Origin: an uncultured delta proteobacterium
GTDB taxonomy: Bacteria > Myxococcota > Myxococcia > Myxococcales > Myxococcaceae
NCBI GenBank assembly: GCA_963776345.1
Contig: CAVZMH010000016.1
Span: 448,001 to 512,000 of the forward strand
Length of the DNA: 64,000 nucleotides
Direction of reading: 5' to 3'
Positions within the stretch are counted from its first letter, which is position 1, and each line of letters opens with the position of its first letter. Below are positions 1 to 8,734 of the stretch, one piece after another. A program made the translations under genes and the position numbers. The notes under the pieces were generated by a model that made no database searches, was not told where the DNA came from, and saw nothing but the letters and a program-made list of their open reading frames with translations.

Positions 1-905
1 ACCAGCGGGCTGTTGTCGAGGAAGAAGCCCTGGGTGTTGTAGGCCAGGAGATTCCCGCGCACGGTGACGTTGCCGGACTCCTTCATCCCCAGGCCGATGC
101 CTGCCGCGCCGCGGGAGAAGAGGATCTGGTTGCCCTCGACGAGGAGGTTGCGGCTGTACATGGCGAAGACGCCGACCTCGTTGCCCACGAAGCGGTTCTT
201 TTCCAGCCGGTTGCCATGGCTGTACATGAGATGGACGCCGTAGCGACCGCCGCGCACCTCGTTGCCCCGCAGCACGTTGCGCGACGAGTACCAGACCACG
301 CAGTCGCGGGCCTGCTGGACCTCGTTGTCCTCCACCAGGCTGTCGTTGGTCTCCCAGAGGCGGATGCCGTCTCCTCGCATCCCCAGCGCGGGCCCGCCGA
401 GCCCCACGATCCGGTTTCCGCGCAGAGTCACCCGCTTCGCCTTTTCCACCAGGATGCCGAAGATGCTGTTGAGGATGGTGACCCCCTCGACCCGGACGTC
501 GTCGCCGTGGACCTTGACGGCCGCGTCGAGCACGTCGAAGCGGCCCCCGCTCCCATCGACGGTCACTCCACCGAGCGAGGCGCCGTCCTGGAGGAGCACG
601 GTGGTGCCCGATCCGGCGGTCTTCAGCCGCGAGCGCTCGGTACCCCAGATGCCCACGCCGCGAGGCACCACCACGGAGCCGACCCAGGTACCATCGCCCA
701 GGCAGAGCACCTGACCCGGCGCAGCGTGGTCGAGCGCCGGCTGGAGCGGCTGGTCCGGGGCGACCGGCAGACAGGCCCCGGGCCGGTCCGCGCGCCTCGT
801 GCGCCGCGACGTGGCGGCGAGCTCCGGTGCCCTCGCGCAGGCGAGGAGCGCGAGCACCAGGACGCCGGAGGCGAGCCTCTGGGGCACCGGAGCCATGCCG
901 ATCAC
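1..905 (-). CDS. nosD: Nitrous oxide reductase maturation protein NosD (truncated by window edge)
   Basis: Not in the ORF track because it runs off the window. Translated by hand: GTG at 905 overlaps the nosZ stop (GTGA), with an alternative ATG at 896. Signal/lipobox-like N-terminus (VLVLALLAC), beta-helix repeats and the NosD-like motif RYGVHLMYS at about 219-245. Confidence 0.9.
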   Translation of the reverse strand, partial: MIGMAPVPQRLASGVLVLALLACARAPELAATSRRTRRADRPGACLPVAPDQPLQPALDHAAPGQVLCLGDGTWVGSVVVPRGVGIWGTERSRLKTAGSGTTVLLQDGASLGGVTVDGSGGRFDVLDAAVKVHGDDVRVEGVTILNSIFGILVEKAKRVTLRGNRIVGLGGPALGMRGDGIRLWETNDSLVEDNEVQQARDCVVWYSSRNVLRGNEVRGGRYGVHLMYSHGNRLEKNRFVGNEVGVFAMYSRNLLVEGNQILFSRGAAGIGLGMKESGNVTVRGNLLAYNTQGFFLDNSPL

Positions 906-2884
906 TTCTTCTTGGGCTCGACCAGGAAGTAACCGGCCATCTCGAGGTGCAGCGCGGAGCAGAACTCCGTGCAGTACATCGGGAAGACGCCCGGTCGGTC
1001 GGCGATGAACTCGATCTCGGTGTGCTTGCCCGGCTCGAGCGAGGCGTTGATGTTGTAGGAGTTGAGCGCGAACCCGTGCGTGGCGTCATGCGCCTGCTCG
1101 AGGTTGGTGAGGTGGATCCGCACCTTGTCGCCCTCCTTCACCCGCACCACGTCCGGGGTGAAGTGGCTGCGAATCGCGGTCATGTAGACGTCGACCGAGT
1201 TGCCCTTGCGCTCGACCCGCTCCTTGCCGCCCTCGACCGTGAAGGGGCTCTTCTCCTTGGTGATCGCATCGAGCCCCACCGGCTTGTAGATGTCCCAGGC
1301 CTTGATCTTGTCCGCCTTGATGATCTGCGCGTTGTGCGGCTCGCCCAGGCCGATCGGCAGGTCGTAGAGCAGCTGCATCTTCCCGCCGTTGGTCTCGCCG
1401 GTGAGATCGATCAGCTGGAAGTTCTGGGGGAGCAGTGGGCCGACCGAGTTGAAGCGGTCCAGCGCCCACTTGTTCATCGCCACCAGGTACTTCCCCTTGG
1501 GAGCCACGGTGTCGCCCTCGGCCGCGACCAGGTGGCCGATGTTGTACTGGGTGGAGATCTTCTCGACCAGCTTCAGGTCCTTCACGTTCCACTTCGCGAC
1601 CTTCGTCTCGATGAACAGCGAGGTGTAGGCGTTGCCGTCGCCGTCGAAGGCCGTGTGCAGGGGGCCGAGACCCAGCTCCACCTGCCCGCGGATCGCCTCG
1701 GCGAAGGGGAGAATCGGGACCCCGTAGGGGTCCTTGGCCTCGAACTTCTTCGCCGCGATCAGCGCCTGGATCTTCTTGAAGTTGAAGACGGTGGCGTGGG
1801 TGTCGAGCTTGCCGCTCACCACCAGGTCCTCGCCGTCCGGCGTGACGTCGAGCCCGTGGGGGCTCTTCGGCTCGGGAACGAAGTAGAGGAGCCCCTCCTC
1901 GATGGCCACCTGGAGGGGGATCACCCTCATCCCGGCGATCACCTTGGACTTGGTCTTCGCCACCTCGGCGGCCTTCCGCCAGTTGACGATGTGCATGTAG
2001 TCCATGTCGTTCTGCGAGGCGCCCGACTCCAGCGGGGGGTTGCCCTCCAGCACTCCGCCGGTGGCCCGCTCGGTGTTGATCGAGTTGCAGAACGCCCAGC
2101 CGTCCGAGGTCAGCTTCCCGCTGTCCGCCAGGTCCTGCATGTAGGGCGGGAACTCGATGGCGAACGACTCCTCGGGGATGATCCGCCGCTTGGCGCGGTC
2201 GAAGCGCCAGAAGGTCATCGCCCCCCGGTACTTCTCGTTGTACTCCTTGAGGTCGGCGTAGGCGCCGCCCAGCGGGGCCGCGTACTGCGACGTCTCGATC
2301 ACGTACTCGGTGTTGGGGGTGACGAAGGCACCGCCGTGGTCGGCCTCGATCAGCTTCGACTCGACGATCTGCTCGGTGACGAAGTCCTTGAGGTTGATCA
2401 CCGCGATGCGCGGGTTGGCCTTGTCGTTGACGAAGATGAACTCACCGTCGTACTCGCCCTTGGTCTCGGAGAGCGCGGGGTGGTGCATGTCGCCCCAGGT
2501 GATCGGCTTGCCGTGGCGGTAGCCCTCCTTGAGCACCTCCTGGCTGCCCTTGTCGCCTACGCCGTAGCCCTGCCAGGGCTCGGGAGTGAAGACGGCGACG
2601 TACTTGAGGATGCGCATCGAGGGCACGCCGATCACCAGCAGGTGTCCCGAGTGCCCCCCGGAGGCGAAGAGCAGGAACTCGTCCCTGCGCCCACTGGGGG
2701 TATAGGTCTTCAGCGCGGCGGTGACGTCGGCCTCGGAGAGGTTCCGGTCCTTCATCAGCTTGGACAGGTTGGCCGAGCCGGACGGAGCGGCGCCGGAGGA
2801 CTGTGGAGTCCCCGGGCTCTGGGGTTTGTCGCAGGCGAGGACCAGCGCCAGCGCACATGAGACGAGGATCGCTCGAAGGTTCAT
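902..2884 (-). CDS. nosZ: Nitrous oxide reductase, clade II (Sec-dependent, lipoprotein-like signal)
   Basis: CuZ His motifs DMHH, DHGG, PKSPHG, GPLH, EPH and C-terminal CuA motif HGF...CTEFCSALHLEM. Start placed at ATG 2884 behind GGAGG. Signal MNLRAILVSCALALVLAC has no twin-Arg motif. Confidence 0.96.
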   Translation of the reverse strand: MNLRAILVSCALALVLACDKPQSPGTPQSSGAAPSGSANLSKLMKDRNLSEADVTAALKTYTPSGRRDEFLLFASGGHSGHLLVIGVPSMRILKYVAVFTPEPWQGYGVGDKGSQEVLKEGYRHGKPITWGDMHHPALSETKGEYDGEFIFVNDKANPRIAVINLKDFVTEQIVESKLIEADHGGAFVTPNTEYVIETSQYAAPLGGAYADLKEYNEKYRGAMTFWRFDRAKRRIIPEESFAIEFPPYMQDLADSGKLTSDGWAFCNSINTERATGGVLEGNPPLESGASQNDMDYMHIVNWRKAAEVAKTKSKVIAGMRVIPLQVAIEEGLLYFVPEPKSPHGLDVTPDGEDLVVSGKLDTHATVFNFKKIQALIAAKKFEAKDPYGVPILPFAEAIRGQVELGLGPLHTAFDGDGNAYTSLFIETKVAKWNVKDLKLVEKISTQYNIGHLVAAEGDTVAPKGKYLVAMNKWALDRFNSVGPLLPQNFQLIDLTGETNGGKMQLLYDLPIGLGEPHNAQIIKADKIKAWDIYKPVGLDAITKEKSPFTVEGGKERVERKGNSVDVYMTAIRSHFTPDVVRVKEGDKVRIHLTNLEQAHDATHGFALNSYNINASLEPGKHTEIEFIADRPGVFPMYCTEFCSALHLEMAGYFLVEPKKK

Positions 2885-2923
2885 CGAAGCCTCCTGGGGT
2901 GAATTTCGGACCCCGGGGTCGGC

Positions 2924-2939
2924 TGCCAGCGGCATGCCA
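2924..2939 (-). promoter_or_regulatory. sigma54 (-24/-12) promoter candidate for nosZ
   Basis: Minus strand reads TGGCATGCCGCTGGCA (GG-N10-GC, close to TGGCACG-N4-TTGC), 40 bp upstream of the nosZ start. Confidence 0.7.
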
Positions 2940-2949
2940 TCGGTTGGTC

Positions 2950-2973
2950 TCACTGGAGTTTATACTCCATTGA
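2950..2973. promoter_or_regulatory. Palindromic operator, copy 1 (TCACTGGA-N8-TCCATTGA)
   Basis: Inverted repeat just upstream of the nosZ -24 box. A near-identical copy lies at 3040-3063. Confidence 0.65.
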
Positions 2974-2982
2974 CTATGAAGG

Positions 2983-2999
2983 TGCGCAGATTCTGCGCA
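2983..2999. promoter_or_regulatory. Perfect palindrome TGCGCAGA-T-TCTGCGCA (GCGCA-N5-TGCGC), candidate enhancer-binding protein site
   Basis: 8-1-8 perfect inverted repeat between two divergent sigma54-like promoters. Confidence 0.65.
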
Positions 3000-3039
3000 T
3001 ACGCACCTCTCATGCGCAGGATCTTCTGCTTTGCCAGAC

Positions 3040-3063
3040 TCAATGGATGTTGCTATCCATCGA
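3040..3063. promoter_or_regulatory. Palindromic operator, copy 2 (TCAATGGA-N8-TCCATCGA)
   Basis: Same arms and spacing as 2950-2973, just upstream of the plus-strand -24 box. Confidence 0.65.
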
Positions 3064-3072
3064 GTTGATCGG

Positions 3073-3088
3073 TGGCATGGCGCACGCA
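3073..3088 (+). promoter_or_regulatory. sigma54 promoter candidate for the cytochrome c-fasciclin-RIC operon
   Basis: TGGCATGGCGCACGCA fits GG-N10-GC. Caveat: it is very close to the ATG at 3103 and the AAGGAGG would fall upstream of the predicted start site. Confidence 0.45.
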
Positions 3089-3102
3089 AGGAGGCGCCTC
3101 TC

Positions 3103-3566
3103 ATGAGAATCTCGCTCTCGCTCGCGGCCGCACTCGGGCTCGGACTGGCATTCGGTTGCAGCAAGGAAGGCGGAGGCGGCGCGGCACCCCCGGCCGGCGC
3201 CTCCCAGCCCACGTGGCGGCCCAGCCGCCCGCCCCGGTGACTCCCCCGGGTCCGTCAGCCGAGGACATCAAGGAGGCGGACGAGATCTTCGCCGGCCGCT
3301 GCACTCCCTGTCATGGTCCGAAGGGCCGCGGGGACGGGCCCGCCTCGGCCGGCCTCACCCCGAAGCCTCGCAACTTCACCGACGGGACGTGGCAGGCCAA
3401 GGTGACCGACGAGCACATCGAGAAGATCGTGCTCTACGGGGGCGCGGCGGTGGGCAAGAGCCCCGCGATGCCGCCCAACCCCGACCTCGAGCAGCATCCG
3501 GGCATCATCAAGGGCCTCCGCGCACACATCCGGGGCCTGGGCTCGGCGCCTTCGGCGTCGCGCTGA
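3103..3566 (+). CDS. Mono-haem c-type cytochrome lipoprotein, split by a -1 frameshift near 3213
   Basis: AAGGAGG then ATG 3103 gives a lipoprotein signal (LGLAFGC). The haem domain (CTPCH, distal Met in PAMPP) is in another frame. Adding one G at ACG/GTG (3211-3215) joins them. Confidence 0.85.
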
Positions 3567-3595
3567 GCTGAAGCGAACCACTCACCGGAGGGACC

Positions 3596-4075
3596 ATGAA
3601 GCGCATCCTTTTCGCCGCCTCGCTCGTCGCCCTGACCGCGCATGCGCAGGGCGACGTGAAGGACATCGTGGACATCGCCTCGGCCTCGAAGGACCACACC
3701 ACGCTGGTGACCGCGCTGAAGGCCGCGGACTACGCGACCGCGCTGAAGAACCCCGGCCCGCTCACCGTCTTCGCGCCCACCAACGCCGCGTTCGACAAGC
3801 TGCCCAAGGGCACGGTGGAGGAGCTGCTCAAGCCCGAGAAGAAGGGCGAGCTGGAGAAGCTCCTCCAGTACCACGTGACGCCGTCGGTCTACGAGGTGAA
3901 GTGGCTCAAGGACGGCCAGAAGCTCGGCCAGGTCAGCGGCGGCAAGGTCACCATCGGGGTGAAGAACGGGAAGGTGACGGTCAACGGCGCGAACGTGCTC
4001 GCCTCCATCCGGGCGTCGAACGGCATCGTGCACGTCATCGACGCGGTGCTCATCCCCGAGGCGCCCAAGAAGTAG
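3596..4075 (+). CDS. Fasciclin (FAS1) domain secreted protein
   Basis: Signal peptide; FAS1 motifs TVFAPTNAAF, YHV and NGIVHVID; GGAGG RBS. Confidence 0.93.
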   Translation: MKRILFAASLVALTAHAQGDVKDIVDIASASKDHTTLVTALKAADYATALKNPGPLTVFAPTNAAFDKLPKGTVEELLKPEKKGELEKLLQYHVTPSVYEVKWLKDGQKLGQVSGGKVTIGVKNGKVTVNGANVLASIRASNGIVHVIDAVLIPEAPKK

Positions 4076-4124
4076 CACGAACCGACGGAAGCATCGCCGG
4101 GGCCGCTCCGGCCCCCGAGGAGGA

Positions 4125-4805
4125 TTGGACGTGATCGGGACAGAGCAGACGCTGGGCGAGCTGGCGGTGGCGGTTCCCACCGCCGCCAAGGTCTTCTACC
4201 GATACGGGCTCGATTACTGCTGCGGAGGAAAGCAGTCCCTGGCCGAGGCGTGTGCCCGGGGCGGACTGGACGCCGCCGAGGTGCTCGAGGCCATCCGGGC
4301 GGACCAGGCAGCCCTCGGTCTGCCCGGAGATGGCGGCATCCGCTGGCTCGACCGACCCCTGCCGGAGCTCGTCCAGCACATCCTGGAGCGGTACCACGCG
4401 CCGCTGCGCGACGAGCTCGCCCGGCTCTTGGCGCTCGCACGGAAGGTCGAGCAGGTCCACGCCGGCAAGCAAGGCTGCCCGGTGGGCCTCGCCAAGCACC
4501 TGGCGGCGGTGGGACCATTCGTCGAGGCGCACCTGGCGAAGGAGGAGCAGATCCTGTTCCCGCTCTTCCTCATGGGGCGCGGCCGTCAGGCCACCATGCC
4601 GGTGCAGGTGATGCTGCAGGAGCACGACGACCACGGAGACGCGCTGCGCCGGATCCGCGAGTTGACGAACGATCTCCGGCTGCCGGAGCAGGCGTGCGGG
4701 ACGTGGCGAGAGCTCTACCGGGCGCTCGCCCAGCTCGAGGTGGAGCTGATGGAGCACATCCACCTCGAGAACAACATCCTCTTCCCGCGCGCGCTCGCCG
4801 GCTGA
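4125..4805 (+). CDS. ric: Iron-sulfur cluster repair di-iron protein (RIC/YtfE/ScdA)
   Basis: DYCCGG N-terminal motif; hemerythrin-like ligands HLAKEEQILFP, EHDDH and HIHLENNILF. Start may be GTG 4131. Confidence 0.93.
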   Translation: MDVIGTEQTLGELAVAVPTAAKVFYRYGLDYCCGGKQSLAEACARGGLDAAEVLEAIRADQAALGLPGDGGIRWLDRPLPELVQHILERYHAPLRDELARLLALARKVEQVHAGKQGCPVGLAKHLAAVGPFVEAHLAKEEQILFPLFLMGRGRQATMPVQVMLQEHDDHGDALRRIRELTNDLRLPEQACGTWRELYRALAQLEVELMEHIHLENNILFPRALAG

Positions 4806-4821
4806 GCCGCCCCCTCGGCGC

Positions 4822-5547
4822 TCATCGCCGCGGGCCTCGAGCCGGGCGCCTGGCCGGACCGGCCTCGAACGCTCGCCCGGGGCGCGCGGGTGGTCGTGGG
4901 TACCCGACGGTCTGGGCGAAGAGCACGCGCTCCTTCCCCCCGAGCCCGAGCTCGCGGGCCATCGCGTCTCGCTGGCAGTTGTGGAACCACGCGGCGAGCC
5001 CGGCCGCGGCCGCGAAGAGGTAGACGTTGGCGGCGATCATCCCCGTGTCCACGAAGTAATACGAGCGCTGCACCCCGGGATCATGGAGCCCCGGCTCCTC
5101 GAAGCCCGAGGTGTGCTCCAGCCGGTCGAGGTCGACCACGAAGACCAGGCGAACCGGAGCCGTCGCGCCGAGGAGCCCCTGGCCCGGGTTGAGCCCGAGG
5201 TGCCGCAGGTCCCGCGCCACGACCGGCAGCAGCCGGTGACGGCGAGCGTCGTAGAGAGACGCTCCGTCGGCTCGGAGCACGTACAGGTCGATCTCCTGCG
5301 AGTTGCTCGCCGAGGCCGCGGTCCTCCCCACCGTCCCGAAGGGGCCCCGGCGCCGGTTCACGCCCCACGCGGCCCAGAGCAGCGCGGACAGGACCGAGGG
5401 TGGGAGCGGCCGTTCGGAGATCTCCCGGATGGTCCTCCGCGCGCGCAGTGCCGAGGCCAGCGGCGCACTCGGCGGCAACACCGGCCGCGGCAGCCGGAGC
5501 ACGGTCGGCAGCAGTCTCCCGGGCACTCGCGACGGTCGTCGGGTCAT
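4822..5547 (-). CDS. Nitroreductase-family (SagB-like) FMN oxidoreductase
   Basis: RRTIRE, RTAASASNSQEIDLY and DTGMIAANVYL motifs; ATG 5547 with GAGGAGG RBS. Confidence 0.85.
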   Translation of the reverse strand: MTRRPSRVPGRLLPTVLRLPRPVLPPSAPLASALRARRTIREISERPLPPSVLSALLWAAWGVNRRRGPFGTVGRTAASASNSQEIDLYVLRADGASLYDARRHRLLPVVARDLRHLGLNPGQGLLGATAPVRLVFVVDLDRLEHTSGFEEPGLHDPGVQRSYYFVDTGMIAANVYLFAAAAGLAAWFHNCQRDAMARELGLGGKERVLFAQTVGYPRPPARPGRAFEAGPARRPARGPRR

Positions 5548-5581
5548 GATCTTCCTCCTCGCGTCACGTAGGCTCGCTCCC

Positions 5582-6316
5582 GTGCGGCTCGCCGTCATCT
5601 CCGACATCCACGGGAACATCTGGGCGCTCCAGGCGGTGCTCGGCCGGATCGCCGAGCTCGGGGACATCGACCGGCTGGTCATCGCGGGCGACCTGCTCTC
5701 CGGCCCGCTCGAGCCGTCCGAGACCGCGGACCTCCTGAGGTCGCTCGACGCCGCCGTCATCCGCGGCAACCACGAGCGCCAGCTCCTGGCCTGCGCCGAG
5801 GCTCCCGGGGGGGCGAGCGACCAGTACGCCTTCGAGCACACCACCGAGGCGCAGCGGGCCTGGCTCGCCACCCTGCCGGCGACGCTCGAGCTCGCGCCCG
5901 ACGTGCTGGTCTGTCATGGGACCCCGGAGACCGATCAGGTCTACCTCTGCGAGGATCTCGACGGACCGGTCAGGCTCGCCGCGGACCAGACCATCGTCGA
6001 ACGGCTCGGCGGCGCACGCCACGCGCTCGTCCTCTCCGGACACTCGCACCACCCACGCACGGTGCAACTCTCGAGCGGGCAGCTGGTGGTGAACGCCGGC
6101 AGCGTCGGCCTGCAGGCCTTCACCGCGGAGCTGCCGAGCCCCCATCACGTGGAGAACGGCTCCCCGCACGCGCGCTTCGTGGTCTGCGAGCGGACGCCGA
6201 GGGGCTGGCAGGCCGAGCAGCATCAGATCTCCTACGACTGGGCCGCCGCCTCCGAGGCCGCGGCCGCGCACGGTCGGCCGGCCTGGGCGCGCTGGCTCCG
6301 GGCCGGGCGCCTCTGA
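5582..6316 (+). CDS. Calcineurin-like metallophosphoesterase
   Basis: SDIHGN, GD, RGNHE, HG and GHSH motifs; start set at GTG 5582. Confidence 0.9.
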   Translation: MRLAVISDIHGNIWALQAVLGRIAELGDIDRLVIAGDLLSGPLEPSETADLLRSLDAAVIRGNHERQLLACAEAPGGASDQYAFEHTTEAQRAWLATLPATLELAPDVLVCHGTPETDQVYLCEDLDGPVRLAADQTIVERLGGARHALVLSGHSHHPRTVQLSSGQLVVNAGSVGLQAFTAELPSPHHVENGSPHARFVVCERTPRGWQAEQHQISYDWAAASEAAAAHGRPAWARWLRAGRL

Positions 6317-6332
6317 GCGCACGGGTCGGCGC

Positions 6333-7823
6333 TCAGGCCGGACGCACGTCGAACACGTGGTGCCCGGCGGCGTCGATGTCGAGGTACAGCCCGGGGCCAG
6401 CGAGCTCGCCGCCGTCGCGCTCGTAGCGGGCCTCGCCCAGGAGATCGGCCAGCAGCACCCGCCCTGCCCCCAGACCGGAGAACGCCGCGTCGACCCGGCA
6501 CTGCCCACGGGTCGGGCCCAGGTTGGCGCAGGCGAGCAGCCGGCCCGAGGGGCCCTCCCAGGACATGGCGACGAATCCTCCGGAGGTGGGATTTCCATCC
6601 CACGCCGGGCGGCACTCCCGCAGCCGCCAGGCGCCCTGGTGGGTCTCCGGCCGGCGGAGCACCGCCAGGAGCCGCTGGTAGAAGGCGCGGAGCGCGGCGT
6701 CCACCGGCTCGTCCGGGCGGCGACCCAGGTGCATCGAGACGTGGACCTTCCGCCCTTCCATCTGACCCTCGTGGAAGAAGCGCAGCCCCGGGGCGAGGAA
6801 GGTGACCACCGCCGCCGCGCGGTGGCGGTCGGGCGGGAAGGTCGCCGCGGCGCGCGGCTCGTCGTGGTTCTCCAGGAAGCGGGCCAGTCGGTCCTGGAAC
6901 GCCAGATCCGCGTGGAGGTGGCCGCGCACGCCCGCCACGTCCCCTGCGCGAAGACGATCATAGAGGCGCTTGTCGTAGGTGAAGTCGAAGCCCTGCTGCT
7001 GCAGCTCCCACTCCAGGTCCCAGTACACCTCGGCCATCAGCACGAAGCCCGGGTGCTCGGTCCGGACCGCCGCTGCAGCCTCCCGCCAGAACGAGCCCGT
7101 GGCCGGTGGCGCTCCGTCCCGGGGCCGCACCCGGTCTCCCCAGGTGCGGGCGAAGACGTCCGGGAGGATCAGCATCGCCATGTCGCAGCGCACGCCGTCG
7201 CAGCGGGCAGCCACGCGGCGCAGCTCGGCGATCATCGCCGCGCGCAGGCCCGGGTGTCCGTAGTTGAGCTGGACGGTGTCCGGCCAGCCGGGGAAGTACG
7301 GATCCCGCCCGTGGGCCAGCACCCGCTGGGCGGACCGGAACCAGTTCTGCGGCTCACGGGCGAGGTCCTGCTCCGTCCCCTCGATCAGCCACTCCGGATG
7401 CTCGCGCACCCACGGATGGTCGGGGGCCATGTGGTTGGGAACGAAGTCCAGCATCAGGGCGAGCCCCCGCTGGGCGAGCCGCTGCCGGAGCCGCTGGAGC
7501 GCGCCGTCCCCGCCGAACTCCGGCTTCACCTCGTAGCTCTGGATGGCGAACGGAGATCCGGTGATGTCCTCGTCGCGGAGGTCGGGGAGGTCGCGCCGGA
7601 ACCCGTCCCTCCAGTCCGCACGGGCGAGCGACACCGCCCGGGCGGCCGGTCCGGTGCGCCACACGCCGAGCGGCCAGAACCAGTCGAAGCCGCGTCCGGC
7701 CACCTCGTCGAGGAAGGCATCCGACACGTCGTCCAGCGTCGCTGGACGCCCCCGGCTGCGACCGAGCTCGCCCAGCAGGACCCGGGTGTTGACCTGGAAG
7801 AGGAGGGGGTGTCTTCGAGGCAC
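6333..7823 (-). CDS. Cytoplasmic alpha-amylase family (GH13) glycosidase
   Basis: DFVPNH, DGVRCDMA, AEVYW and FLENHDE conserved regions. This is the C-terminal part of track ORF 6333..10172; GTG 7823 overlaps the upstream stop (TAGTG). Confidence 0.9.
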   Translation of the reverse strand: MPRRHPLLFQVNTRVLLGELGRSRGRPATLDDVSDAFLDEVAGRGFDWFWPLGVWRTGPAARAVSLARADWRDGFRRDLPDLRDEDITGSPFAIQSYEVKPEFGGDGALQRLRQRLAQRGLALMLDFVPNHMAPDHPWVREHPEWLIEGTEQDLAREPQNWFRSAQRVLAHGRDPYFPGWPDTVQLNYGHPGLRAAMIAELRRVAARCDGVRCDMAMLILPDVFARTWGDRVRPRDGAPPATGSFWREAAAAVRTEHPGFVLMAEVYWDLEWELQQQGFDFTYDKRLYDRLRAGDVAGVRGHLHADLAFQDRLARFLENHDEPRAAATFPPDRHRAAAVVTFLAPGLRFFHEGQMEGRKVHVSMHLGRRPDEPVDAALRAFYQRLLAVLRRPETHQGAWRLRECRPAWDGNPTSGGFVAMSWEGPSGRLLACANLGPTRGQCRVDAAFSGLGAGRVLLADLLGEARYERDGGELAGPGLYLDIDAAGHHVFDVRPA

Positions 7824-8728
7824 TACGGCGTGACCGCCTTCCAGCTGTCGTCGGGGTCGTAGGCCTTGAGGGCCGCGGCGGCCTGCGCGGTCTTCGACCC
7901 GAGGTCCTTCTGGAAGACCACCCCGGCCTGGTTCACCACGAAGGTCATCACGCCGGACTTCCCGTACGACGCCGGATAGGCGACGAGCGCGAAGCCGCGG
8001 GTGAGCTTCCCGCCCTCTCGGTAGTCCAGCGCGCCACCCTCGGCGTGCGGGCCCTGCGCGGTGAGGATCCGGAAGTAGTAGCCGCGGTATGGCGTGCGCT
8101 GGCCGTGCTTCGGTGCGTAACCCTCGCGGACGGCCCCGCTCACCGCCGGCCCCATCGGGCTCTCCGGCTCGCCCTGGGTCGTCTTCCAGTAGAGCCCGTC
8201 GCGCTTGCCGGGCGAGCTCATGAGCCGGTCCGCGTAGTGCGGCACGCTCGCACCCTCGCTGTTCCGCGCGAGGTAGTCCCGCTGCGCGCCCACGTAGCCG
8301 AGGCAGACCTGGATCGCGTCCAGCTCGTTCTGGCCCACCCGCCGGGCGAGGATCTCCTCCTGACCCGCCTTGGTGTCGAAGGTCCAGCCCGCCGTCCCCT
8401 TCACCAGGGGGACGGGGAAGGGCCACCCGTCGTCGCCGACGACCAGCGTCCGGGTCCTCTCGTCCGGCGAAGACAGCGTGTGGGTCCGGTCGTACAGCTC
8501 GACGAAGCGGCGGAGGGTGGCGCGATCGGCCACTGCATCGCCGGAGACGAGGACGGACCTCGACGGCTCGCCCATGACCGCGACCACGGCCTGGACCTCG
8601 CCGGAGCGCGCTGCCTCGACGAGCGCGTCGATGGCGGCCTCCGGGTTCGCGTACGTCCTGACGGCCGCGGCGAGCACCGGGCTCGCGAGGAGCAGGAGGA
8701 AGCAAACTGTCGTGCGTCGAAGGGTCAT
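7823..8728 (-). CDS. DUF2950 family exported protein
   Basis: Signal peptide; WPFPVPLVK, RRVGQNE, DGLYW, PYRGYYFRIL and YGKSGVMTF motifs; usual partner of DUF3300. Confidence 0.88.
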   Translation of the reverse strand: MTLRRTTVCFLLLLASPVLAAAVRTYANPEAAIDALVEAARSGEVQAVVAVMGEPSRSVLVSGDAVADRATLRRFVELYDRTHTLSSPDERTRTLVVGDDGWPFPVPLVKGTAGWTFDTKAGQEEILARRVGQNELDAIQVCLGYVGAQRDYLARNSEGASVPHYADRLMSSPGKRDGLYWKTTQGEPESPMGPAVSGAVREGYAPKHGQRTPYRGYYFRILTAQGPHAEGGALDYREGGKLTRGFALVAYPASYGKSGVMTFVVNQAGVVFQKDLGSKTAQAAAALKAYDPDDSWKAVTP

Positions 8729-8734
8729 GATCGC

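Noticed and set aside
902..2884. NosZ as a haem-fused or highly divergent type
   Set aside because: No CXXCH domain, and the CuZ/CuA motifs look like ordinary clade II.
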